From positions 1,408,001 to 1,472,000 of the forward strand of contig CAVUAK010000001.1 in the NCBI GenBank assembly GCA_963739455.1: DNA of 64,000 nt, read 5' to 3'. This document shows, one piece after another, positions 11,665 to 21,057 of this stretch. Source of the stretch: an uncultured Gemmatimonadales bacterium. GTDB lineage: Bacteria > Gemmatimonadota > Gemmatimonadetes > Gemmatimonadales > GWC2-71-9. Position 1 is the first letter of the stretch. Every line of letters starts with the position of its first letter. A program made the position numbers and the translations under genes. The notes below the pieces were generated by a model. The model searched no databases. It had not been told where the DNA came from and was given only the letters and a program-made list of their open reading frames with translations.

Positions 11665-12754
11665 CCGATCGCATCTGGAATTTCGGCGCCGGCCCCGGCC
11701 GTGCTCCCCGAGTCCGTCCTCAAGAAGGCCCAGCAGGACATCTGGAACGTGGCCGGCAGCGGCATCGGCATCGGCGAGCACAGCCACCGGGGCAAGGTGT
11801 TCGACAAGATCATCAAGGACACCGAGCAGGCGTGCCGCGACCTGGCGGGCATCGACGACGACTACCGGGTGCTGTTCCTGCAGGGCGGCGCCTCGCTGCA
11901 GTTCTCGATGGTGCCGATGAACCTGCTGCCGCCGGATCGCACGGCCGACTACCTGGTGACCGGTGTCTGGTCGGAGAAGGCGGTGATCGAGGCGCAGCGG
12001 GTCGGCAGCGTACACGAGGCGGTGAGCGCGGCCGGCACCAAGTTCGACCGCATCCCGCCGGTGGCGGACATCAAGTACTCGCCGAACCCGGCGTACGTGC
12101 ACTTCACCACGAACAACACGATCTACGGCACGCAGTGGACGGCGGAGCCGCCGGTGCCGGCGGGCGTGCCGCTGATCTGCCGACACGTCGAGCGACATCT
12201 TCAGCCGGCCGATCGAGGTTGGCGAAGTACGGGATGATCTACGCCGGGGCCCAGAAGAACCTGGGCCCGTCGGGCGTGGTGCTGGTGATCATCCGCAACG
12301 ACCTGGTCGAGGTGGGCAGCAAGGACCTGCCGACGATGCTGCAGTACCGCACGTATGCGAAGGAAAACTCGCTGTACAACACGCCCAACACGTTCGGCAT
12401 CTACGTGATGGGCGAGGTGTTCAAGTGGATCAAGGCCGAGGGCGGGCTGACGGCGATGGCCGAGCACAACGAGGCGAAGGCGAAGGTGCTCTACGACTAC
12501 CTGGACCAGAGCAAGATGTTCACGGCGCGCGCGCGGCCGGGCAGCCGGTCACTGATGAACGTCTGCTTCTACACGGCCGAGCGAGGAGCTGGACAACAAG
12601 TTCGTGGCGGAGGCGACCAAGCGCGGGTTCGAGGGGCTCAAGGGCCACCGCTCGGCGGGCGGGCTGCGGGCCAGCATCTACAACGCGATGCCGGCGGCCG
12701 GCGTGAAGGCGCTGGTCGACGTTCATGAAGGAATTCGAGCGCGCCAACGGCTGA
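11661..12754 (+). CDS. serC: Phosphoserine aminotransferase; frameshifted
   Basis: [30 protein letters not shown]-lysine motif [35 protein letters not shown]. Confidence 0.93.
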
Positions 12755-12766
12755 GGCAGGTCGCCC

Positions 12767-13834
12767 TCAGTGCGCCGGTCCCGTCGAGGGACTGGTGCGC
12801 TGGGGATCGTCGAGGTTGATGGTCCACTCGTCCGCCATGAACGATTCGCGGTAGTACAGCGGCTCGTCATCCTCCGAGCCGCCCGCCAGCTTCCAGAAGT
12901 AACTCACCAGCGGCAGCAGTGCCGACGACGTCCCCGTCAGGAAGACGATCTCCCCGCCCGCATCCTCCTTCGGCTTGCCGGTCAGGAACTGCCACTCCGC
13001 CCGCGTGAAGGCATAGCTGCTGTCGATGCGCATCACGCCCGCAATGCCGGGACGCGTGGTGCGCCTGGTGCAGAACCCGATGGTCCATCCGGTCGGGCCC
13101 GACGAAATGGTGTAGAGCGCATTGAGCTGGCCGAACTCCGGCCGGGCGAAGTGGTCGGCGTTCCAGGTGCTGGAGCTTCGGGTACCACCAGGGGCCGGTG
13201 CCGCTGGTGGCGATGATGCCGACCGATCGTCCCGGCTTCCGGCGGATCGCGTAGCCCGAGTCGAGGATGAACTGGGAGGTTTGCGCCCGGGCCTGGCCAC
13301 TCACTCCCCAGCGCGTCGTGCCCCAGCTGTCGGGCGACGAGACTTTCGAGAGGATCGCCGTTTCCTGCGGTGCCGCGCCCGACGGCCCAGTATCGGCGCT
13401 CAGTCGGGAGGAGGGTGTAGCGCATGGTCGCGGCCTGCCAGACGCCGCGCGCAGCGGGCTCGTCCTCGCGACACTCGTACCGGGGCAGCGCCTCGACGAC
13501 GATGTCCGGGATCCGCGGGACGACCTTGCGCGAGCCGTACCTCGAGCGTGTCCGCTGCGGCCCACCGGGACCGAGGCGGCCTGATAGCCGATCGCCCGCG
13601 CAGACGACCGAGGTGAGTGACGGGAGCTTCTTGCGCTGGGCGAAGGCGAGCCCATCCTCCCGCGTGCTGAGGGTGAGCACGCGCCGGGTGCCGGCCCAGA
13701 GTTCGACGGCAGCGTTCGCGATCGGGGTGCCATCATCGGCGACCATCACCCGCACGACGAGCTGTTGCGCGGCGAGCGGGCGACCCAGGACCGTCAGTGG
13801 CCGCCAGCGACAGGCACAACCACAAGGCCTTCAC
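12767..13834 (-). CDS. Secreted hypothetical protein with a carboxypeptidase-regulatory-like N-terminus; several frameshifts
   Basis: Signal-like [11 protein letters not shown] then [20 protein letters not shown]; coding-like pieces continue across ORFs 13033-13755, 12867-13736 and 12767-13300. Confidence 0.55.
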
Positions 13835-13849
13835 GAGGGATCGGAGGGC

Positions 13850-15001
13850 CTAGCTCCGCGCTCCAGCCTTCGCAAACGACGCGATGAACTCGGCGTTGGT
13901 GGGATAGCGCTTCAGCTCGTTGACGAGGCGCTGCATGACATCGGCCGGTGCGAGCGAGGCAAACCCCGCCCTGCACCTGCCGCACGTGCTTCCAGCGCAT
14001 CGGGCGACATGAGCAGTTCCTCGCGCCGGGTGCCGCTCGCCCTGCAGGTCGATGGCGGGGTAGATGCGCCGCTCGGCCATCTCGCGGCTCAGCACCAGTT
14101 CGCTGTTGCCGGTGCCCTTGAACTCCTCGAAGATCACCTGGTCCATCTTGCTGCCGGTGTCGATCAGCGCCGTGGCGATGATCGTGAGGGAGCCGGAGCC
14201 GGCCTTCGGGTCCACCTGGCGCGCGCTACCGAGCAGGCGCTTCGGGGTTTCCAGCGACTGCGCATCGAGGCCGCCCGACAGCGTGCGACCGGTGCCGCGC
14301 TCGGTGGTGTTGAAGGCGCGGGCGAGGCGGGTGATCGAGTCGAGGATGATCACCGCGTCGCGGCCCTCCTCGACGCGGCGTCGCGCGCGCTCCACCGTGA
14401 GCTCGGCGAGGGCGACGTGCCGCTCGGCGGGGTGATCGAAGCTGGAGGAGATGACCTCGCCCACTCCCGCCATTTCCATCTCGCTCACTTCCTCGGGCCG
14501 CTCGTCCACCAGCAGGATGAAGAGCTGGGCCTCGGGATGGTTGTGCGCGATGCCGGCGGCGATGGTCTGCAGCACGGTGGTCTTGCCGGCCTTGGCCGGC
14601 GCCACGACGAGGGCGCGCTGGCCGAAGCCGAGCGGGGCGATGAGGTCGACGAGGCGACCGGTCATGTCGCCCTTCCGGCCCGGGGCCTGGGCGCCCTCGA
14701 GCTTGAGGACGCGGAACGGATGGGTCGCCGGGAGCCGGGTGAAGTCGGGGCGGCGCCGGGCCTCCTCGGGGGGACGGCCGTTGACGGCGGTGACCTTCCG
14801 CAGGAGTGGCGGCTTGCCGCGGTTGGGCGCGAGCACCTCGCCGGTGAGTTCGTCACCGGAGCGCAGGCCGAACTCGCGCACGGTGCGCTCGTCGACGCGC
14901 ACGTCGTCGCGCTGCGGATCCCACGCCATGCTTTGCCGGCGCAGGGAACCCTGGCGCCCATCGAGTTCGAGGACGCCGAGGCTTTCTGGTGTTGCCGTCA
15001 T
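13850..15001 (-). CDS. rho: Transcription termination factor Rho, short form; compensating frameshifts near 13960-14040
   Basis: GLRSGD RNA-binding segment, PLGFGQRALVVAPAKAGKT, LLVDERPEEV, LDSITRLARAFN, GSLTIIATALIDTGS.MD.VIFEEFKGTGN, RIYPAID. Confidence 0.93.
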   Translation of the reverse strand: MTATPESLGVLELDGRQGSLRRQSMAWDPQRDDVRVDERTVREFGLRSGDELTGEVLAPNRGKPPLLRKVTAVNGRPPEEARRRPDFTRLPATHPFRVLKLEGAQAPGRKGDMTGRLVDLIAPLGFGQRALVVAPAKAGKTTVLQTIAAGIAHNHPEAQLFILLVDERPEEVSEMEMAGVGEVISSSFDHPAERHVALAELTVERARRRVEEGRDAVIILDSITRLARAFNTTERGTGRTLSGGLDAQSLETPKRLLGSARQVDPKAGSGSLTIIATALIDTGSKMDQVIFEEFKGTGNSELVLSREMAERRIYPAIDLQGERHPARGTAHVARCAGSTCGRCRAGFASLAPADVMQRLVNELKRYPTNAEFIASFAKAGARS

Positions 15002-15021
15002 ATGCTCAGTGGCTCAGTTCT

Positions 15022-16614
15022 TCAGTCAGGGACGCGGCTGCGCCGGAGGGTGGGAGGTCGGGTTCCGCCGAGTGCGCGCGCGATGCGGCGCGAGGTAGGC
15101 GAAGACGAGGTGTTGTCGGATTCGTTGTCGAGCTGTGCGATGTGCGCCTGCAGCCAGTTGGCGAGGACCTGGTACTCGTCGGCCACTGACGGATCGTCGA
15201 AGGAGATGGTGTTGCCGCTGATCTCGTACTCACCCCAGTGCCCGAGCAGCAGGGTGTAGAGGTTGTCGGTGTAGGTGAGGAGGGAGTCGGAGAGCTCGGA
15301 TCCCTCGTAGCTCTCCTTGAGCGTGGCGCGGGCCTTCCAGTCGGACTGCTGGCCGCGGCTCCACCCCATGCGGGTCACCTGGTAGGTGACGGTGTCGCGG
15401 TAGGCCCGCTCGATCTGCACTTCATCGGAGTGGTAGACGCGCACGATGTTCTGCGCGCCGCGTGATGAGCCGTCGGCCGGCGCGGAGGCTGTCGCGACTG
15501 GTGAGGCGCGCAGTCGAGAAGAGGCGCGTCACACCGCCCAGGGCGAGGTCGGAATCCATGGCGGCGCGGGCGTTGGCGTACGCGGCGGCATAGCTGCGGC
15601 GCAGCTCGATGGGCGTCATGGGGCGCAGCCCCTCGACCGATGACCGCGGCTGCGACCCGGGGATGAGCCGCCCTGGCCGACTCGTGGCGCGCGGCCCCGT
15701 GCCTGCTGTCTCGGCCACGGCGAGCAGGGCGATCGCCTGCGCCAGGTCCCTGTCGGAGACGGAATCGACGGCCTGCACGGCGAGTGCGGTGTCACCCGGT
15801 GTACGGAGTCGGGCCTCGGTGGCCTGATGCACGGTCGCGGGACGATTGGACCACCACTGCCAGCCGAACCAGGCCCCGGTGCGAGACGAGCAGGACCAGG
15901 GCAACTGCCCCACCGATCAACGCCAGGCCGCGGAATCGCGGCTCCGGCTTCCACTCGAGCGGCTTGTACTCCGTCGAATCAGGCTCGTCCTCCGGCAGTG
16001 GCGCGAGCTCGCCGTCCAGCGGCGGCTCGTCCATGTAGGAAGTCGGCGATGGGATGGGAGCGCGGCCGCTCGTTGAGGGCGGGGAGGGCGGGGAGGGCGG
16101 GGAGGGCGGGGAAGACGGGGAAGACGGGGAAGACGGGGAAGACGGGGAAGACGCGATGGGGACGAGAGAAGGGATGGGTTCCTTCAGCGTCAGGAATTCA
16201 CCGGCGATCGCGAGTCCGTCGGCCGGCTTCACCTCCGGCGGCGCCGAGGCCATCTGCGCGGCGGTATCGATGGCGATGTCGGTATTGATGACGAGGTCGG
16301 CGATGGGGGCGACGGGCGGTTCAGGGACCTTGGGCGCCATGCCCTTGATCTCGGCGTCGCTCAGGAGATCGAAGTCGAGCCCGACCTCATCGGCGGTACC
16401 GTCCTCGGAAACGAAGCGCGTCCCGAGCTGCGGGTGCCGCGTGACCAGCACCCATTCCTTGGTTGCCGGATGAAAGATCAGCGCGTCCTTCGTGATCACG
16501 CCAAGCTCGACGTCCCAAACCATCTCTTCGACGGTTCGATACGTCTTCTCGTCTCCCGAAGGCAACCGGACGTAGTACACGGCTAGCGCACCGGGGTGAC
16601 GGGATGGGCGGCAA
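15022..16614 (-). CDS. Hypothetical membrane-anchored protein with a GYF_2-like N-terminus, Pro/Ser linker, TM helix and helical C-terminus; frameshifted
   Basis: N-terminal YYVRLPSGDEKTY..EEM...ELGVIT.DALIFH...EW segment, TM GLALIGGAVALVLL; ORFs 15792-16673, 15422-15913 and 15022-15444 join; start uncertain. Confidence 0.55.
16075..16153 (+). repeat. 9-bp G-rich tandem array (GGCGGGGAR / GACGGGGAA, about 8 units) inside a CDS
   Basis: Read directly; encodes [24 protein letters not shown] on the minus strand. Confidence 0.9.
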
Positions 16615-16693
16615 CGATCAGCAGCGGCCCTCTCATGGAGTGACCGTGAAAAGTAGGCACATGGTTGACGCAAGTCTATGAGCCAGCAGGGGA

Positions 16694-17302
16694 TCAGGCC
16701 TCGAGGCGGGTCAGGGAACGCGCAATGTTGGCGCGGGCGCGCGGTTCGCGGGACTGCATCACCGGGGTGAAGAAAAGCGGCCGCCGGGACGCAAAGTCGG
16801 CGAGGATCGTGGCGCGCCCAGCGCGGAACTGGCCGGCCGGGAGCATGGCGTACTCGGCGCGGATGGCGTGTTCGTACGCGTCAAAGGCATCGTCATCGGC
16901 GGCCAGGATGGAGAGGTCGGCGTCGCGCACGACGGCGGCGTCGGGTGATACAGACGCGGCGGCGAGGTGGCGGGTTTCGAGTATGAGGGCGGGGAAGACG
17001 GGGAGGGCGGGGAGGGCGGGGAGGTGCTCCATTCCCCATTCAACGCTCCGCTGCTCGCAATCGTTTCGCATCGGCTCCCAGACGACGTCGTGCAGCCACA
17101 GGGCGAGTTCCGCTACGTCCGGATTGGGGGCGAGGTGGCGGAGCTCGTCGAACGTGGCGAGCACTGCGTCGAGGTGCGCGAGGGTGTGATAGTGCCGACC
17201 GGGTGCGGAGTACTGACGCTCGAGCTCGGCAAAGGCGTCGTCGGAGGGCACAGTACCGAGGCGCTGCCAGAGCGCATCCCAGCGCGCCCGGCGCGGGGTC
17301 AT
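16694..17302 (-). CDS. HD-superfamily metal-dependent phosphohydrolase (COG4339-like)
   Basis: [31 protein letters not shown] motifs; start overlaps the selO stop (ATGA). Confidence 0.85.
   Translation of the reverse strand: MTPRRARWDALWQRLGTVPSDDAFAELERQYSAPGRHYHTLAHLDAVLATFDELRHLAPNPDVAELALWLHDVVWEPMRNDCEQRSVEWGMEHLPALPALPVFPALILETRHLAAASVSPDAAVVRDADLSILAADDDAFDAYEHAIRAEYAMLPAGQFRAGRATILADFASRRPLFFTPVMQSREPRARANIARSLTRLEA
16985..17024 (+). repeat. 9-bp G-rich array x4, in frame inside the HD hydrolase gene
   Basis: Encodes [13 protein letters not shown]. Confidence 0.88.
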
Positions 17303-18780
17303 GACGAGCAGCTGAGCTCGATTGACCCAGCCCAGGCGGGTGAGACGGTGGCCCAGGCCTCGCGCCCCGGCTGTTCCTCAAAGGGGCGACCTCAGGGTCT
17401 GCATAGCGCATCGACCACGCTGAAGTCACCCTTCTGCGCGGCGGTGATGGCCTCGTGGGCCATCCAGGTGCGAAGCACGTACTTCGGGTTGGTGGTGTCC
17501 ATCCGCGCCGGGCGCAGGGTATCGTCGCTGTTCTCGGCGCGGAGCCGCGCACGGTATGCGGCGAGCCAGGTATCGCATGCCACGCGATCGGCGAACTGGG
17601 ACGAGAAGGCCCGGCTATCGGTGTCGACGCCGATGCCCCCGAGTGCGCGCCAGGTGATGGTCCAGTCGGCGCGCGCGTTGTGCATGAGGACCAGGAGTTC
17701 ATCGAGCAGCTTTTCGTCGCCGGGCTGTGCCGTCTCCAGGCCAAGTTTCGCCCGCATGATGCTGGCATACGCCTCTTCCCACGCCGGGACGTAAGTGTCG
17801 AAGGCAGCGACTGCCTGCTCGCGCGGCATGAGTGGCAGCAGGGCCTGCGCCAGCGCACTCACATTCCACTGCCCAATGGCGGGCTGCTGGTCGTAGGCGT
17901 AGCGGCCTTGGGGATCGGAGTGATTGGGAATGAACCCGCTCTCGAACGCCTCCATGAAGGCGTAGGGGCCGTAGTCGATGGTGAGGCCGGTAATGGAGAA
18001 GTTGTCGGTGTTCATGACGCCATGCACGAAGCCGACGGCCTGCCACCGGGCCATGAGCGACGCGGTGCGACGCGCGACCGTCTCCAGCATGCGAGCGTAG
18101 CGATCGTCGAGACCAACGAGCTCGGGGAAGTGAAGCTCGATGGTGTAGTCGGCCAGTTGCCGGAGGTAGTCCACCTGGCCGCGCGACGCGAAGACCTCGA
18201 AGCTGCCGATCCGGACGTGGGTCGGCGCCATGCGGATGATGCTGGCGGCGGTCTCCACTGTTTCACGGCGCACCGGCTCGGAGCTCCCCACGACACAGAG
18301 TGCCCGCGTGGTGGGAATGCCGAGGGCGTGGAGCGCCTCGCCGCAGAGATACTCGCGGATGGCGGAGCGGAGCACGGAACGGCCATCGAAGCCGCGGGAG
18401 AATGGCGTGGGTCCGCTGCCCTTGAGGTGAAGGTCCCAGCGATCACCGCGGTTGTTCACCACCTCACCCAGGAGGATGGCGCGGCCGTCGCCCAGCTGGG
18501 GCACGAAGCTGCCAAACTGATGGCCGGCGTAGAGCATGGCGACGGGATCACTGCCGGGGATCGACTCCGCGCCCGACGCATAGCGCAGGAATTCAGGGCG
18601 CGCACCCTCGGCGGGATCGAGGTCGATGAGGCGCGCCGCATCGCTGTTGAAGTGGACAAGCACGGGATCGGGCAATGGCGTGGGGTCCACCCGCACGCCA
18701 AACGGCTCGCCGAGGCGAGCGTAGCTGTTATCGAAGGCGAGGCCGGTGATCGGGCGCAGCGCGGTAGCAGTTGCGGTCAT
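17299..18780 (-). CDS. selO: Protein adenylyltransferase SelO (YdiU); frameshifted near 17385-17405
   Basis: [52 protein letters not shown]; shifted C-terminus reads FEEQPG...IELSCSS*. Confidence 0.93.
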
Positions 18781-20081
18781 CCTTTAATGATACCTCGGCA
18801 CTCGCCGAACCCGATGCGGACAAACCCCTCGCGTTCGCAGGCGCCGCGCATGATGACTTCGTCGCCATCCTCGAGGAAACGACGGGTTTCGCCTGAGGGG
18901 AGCTGGACTGGATCGGCACCGCGCCAGGTGAGTTCCAGGAGGCAGCCCCGCGCGTCCTTCGCCTCGCCGGAGACAGTGCCGCTGCCGAGCAGGTCACCGG
19001 GCTGCAGGTTGCAGCCGTTCGACGTGTGGTGGGCCAGGAGCTGGGCCGGCGTCCAGTAAAGATCGGCCAGGGTGGAGTGACTGATGCGCGCCGGGGCGAT
19101 TCCCTCGGCGCGCATCCGCGCACTGGAGAGCAGCACCTCCAGCCGCACGTCGATTCCGCCGCCGGCCTGGTCGGCCTCGTCGGTGAGATACGGCAGCGGA
19201 GCGGGGTCGCCGTCGGCGCGCGGGAAGGCGGGCACGCGGAACGGCGCGAGCGCCTCGAGTGTCACCACCCATGGGGAGATGGTGCTGCTGAAATTCTTGG
19301 CGAGGAACGGCCCGAGCGGCTGGTACTCCCAGGTCTGGATGTCGCGGGCCGACCAGTCGTTGAGGAGGCAGAGGCCGAAGAGCCGCGCGCCAGCGTGCTC
19401 GATCGGCACCGGTTCGCCCTGGGCATTGGCGCGCCCGACGAAGAACCCGACCTCGAGTTCGTAGTCGAGGCGTCGCGTGGGCCCGAACGCCGGCGGCTGG
19501 GCGGCGTCATCACGGGCCTGCCCACTGGGTCGGGGCACCGCCGTGCCACTTACGACGATGGATGACGCGCGGCCGTGGTAGCCGATGGGGACGTACTTGT
19601 AGTTGGGCAGCAGCGGGTTGTCGGGCCGGAACATCTTCCCGACGTTGGTGGCGTGATAGATGGAGGCGTAGAAGTCGGTATAGTCGCCGATGGTCGCGGG
19701 GAGCAGCATCTCGGCGTCATCCTGCGACACGAGCTTCGTGCGCGACGCATCGGCACCGGAGCGGAGCAGCGCGCTGATGGTGTGACGGAACTGGAGCCGA
19801 TGCGCGTGCGGGAGCGACATCAGGGCATTGAGGGTGGGCGCCTCGCAGGCCTCGCGCAGGCTGTCGGCGCCGGTGACCAGGTTCTCCTGCGTGGCGTGGT
19901 ACAGGTCGAAGATGGCATCGCCGATGGCGACGCCGATGCGGGGCCGGTCGTTCGAGCCGCGCCGGCGGAAGATCCCGAGCGGCAGGTTCTGCACGGGAAA
20001 GTCGGTGCCGCGCGCATTGGCCGATGGGACCCAGCTGCTGAGCGCGGCGTCGTGCGTTTCGTCTACTGGAAAGCGAGTCAC
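18777..20081 (-). CDS. fahA: Fumarylacetoacetase
   Basis: FPVQNLP.G, GDYTDFYAS..HATNVG, YHGRASS, LDYELE, NDWSARDIQ.WEY.PLGPF, GDLLGSGT. Confidence 0.95.
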   Translation of the reverse strand: MTRFPVDETHDAALSSWVPSANARGTDFPVQNLPLGIFRRRGSNDRPRIGVAIGDAIFDLYHATQENLVTGADSLREACEAPTLNALMSLPHAHRLQFRHTISALLRSGADASRTKLVSQDDAEMLLPATIGDYTDFYASIYHATNVGKMFRPDNPLLPNYKYVPIGYHGRASSIVVSGTAVPRPSGQARDDAAQPPAFGPTRRLDYELEVGFFVGRANAQGEPVPIEHAGARLFGLCLLNDWSARDIQTWEYQPLGPFLAKNFSSTISPWVVTLEALAPFRVPAFPRADGDPAPLPYLTDEADQAGGGIDVRLEVLLSSARMRAEGIAPARISHSTLADLYWTPAQLLAHHTSNGCNLQPGDLLGSGTVSGEAKDARGCLLELTWRGADPVQLPSGETRRFLEDGDEVIMRGACEREGFVRIGFGECRGIIKG

Positions 20082-20980
20082 AGGAGTCCGAGGGAGCGAA
20101 GGTCATCCACGGGCTCCTGGAAGGAACAGGAGCCGAAGCTGAGTGCCGCGTGGTGCCGAATGGCGGAAATTTCGGTGCGTGTCACCGTCTTACCGCGCCA
20201 ACTCGCGCTGGTTTCGGTGAACTCGAATGCCGTTGCGTCCTTCTCCTCGAGCAACTGCGCCAGCTCCTTGAGCGTGAGACCGGCGCGGGCGAAGGCAGCG
20301 GCGAGGAAAACGTTGAGGAAGCCGAACATCATGCCGTGCGGACTGGCCGGTTCGTAGGTGAGGCGATACTCCCCACGCAACGGATGGTGCAGTCCGGCCG
20401 TGGCCTTGAACGGCACGCCCGCGTCGGCGCAGGACTGAATGAATCGAGCGAGGGCGTGGCTCGCCGGAAAGGCCCCGGGTGTGACGCCACCGGTACGGAC
20501 CTTGGCGCGGCCGCCGGCCCGGGAAATGGCAGCGAGATGCGGGGCGAGGTCATCGTCGATGGGGAGCTCAACGTAGGTGGTGAGGGTGGACGGCAGGATC
20601 GCGAGGGCGGCGTCGAGATCGGGCACCGACTCGAGCTTGAGCTCGATGGTGTCGACAACGGCCGAGCGGGGCTGGGCCACCTTGTTGCTCTGGTTGAAAT
20701 CGCCGATCGCCGCTACCGTGGCGTCGAGGTCGGCACTGGGGAGGACGCTGAGCTGCCAGACGTCGCCAATAGTGGAGCTGCCGAGCGAAGCAAGTGCAGT
20801 CTCGAACTCGGCGAGGCGGCTGACGGGGAGGATGAAATGGCCGAGCATCCAGGCATGGTCGCTGGCGCGATGGAGCGCGTATTCGTGAACGGCGGCGTTC
20901 ATGTCGAGGGCGGCCGGGGGAAAGAGGCCGGCGTAGTCGACGAGGGAGTGGAGGAGGGTGCGGAGGGTGGTCGAGGTCAC
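20078..20980 (-). CDS. Conserved hypothetical protein (DYAGLFPPA / KATAGLHH family)
   Basis: LVDYAGLFPPA, KVRTGG, FKATAGLHHP, GFLNV and SFGSCSF.EP motifs; stop overlaps the fahA start. Confidence 0.8.
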   Translation of the reverse strand: MTSTTLRTLLHSLVDYAGLFPPAALDMNAAVHEYALHRASDHAWMLGHFILPVSRLAEFETALASLGSSTIGDVWQLSVLPSADLDATVAAIGDFNQSNKVAQPRSAVVDTIELKLESVPDLDAALAILPSTLTTYVELPIDDDLAPHLAAISRAGGRAKVRTGGVTPGAFPASHALARFIQSCADAGVPFKATAGLHHPLRGEYRLTYEPASPHGMMFGFLNVFLAAAFARAGLTLKELAQLLEEKDATAFEFTETSASWRGKTVTRTEISAIRHHAALSFGSCSFQEPVDDLRSLGLL

Positions 20981-20991
20981 GGGTGAAGTAT

Positions 20992-21021
20992 AGGGCGGGG
21001 AGGGCGGGGAGGGCGGGGAGG
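20992..21021 (+). repeat. 9-bp G-rich array (AGGGCGGGG)x3, intergenic
   Basis: Read directly. Confidence 0.85.
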
Positions 21022-21057
21022 TTAGCCGCCCCACCCGCCTCCCGCGCCTTCCCGGTC

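Noticed and set aside
10449..15950. Many frameshifts (serA, serC, rho and others; also 0.9-2.3, 27-29, 32-35, 37.8-38.5, 40, 42, 50 and 54.6 kb) read as pseudogenes or programmed frameshifting
   Set aside because: They are mostly single-base indels clustered by region in conserved genes with intact motifs and no in-frame nonsense codons, which is typical of low-coverage long-read errors. Read mapping would confirm.
17299..17320. Selenocysteine in SelO
   Set aside because: The C-terminus reads SCSS with Cys (TGC). The TGA follows it and overlaps the next ATG, so it is an ordinary stop.
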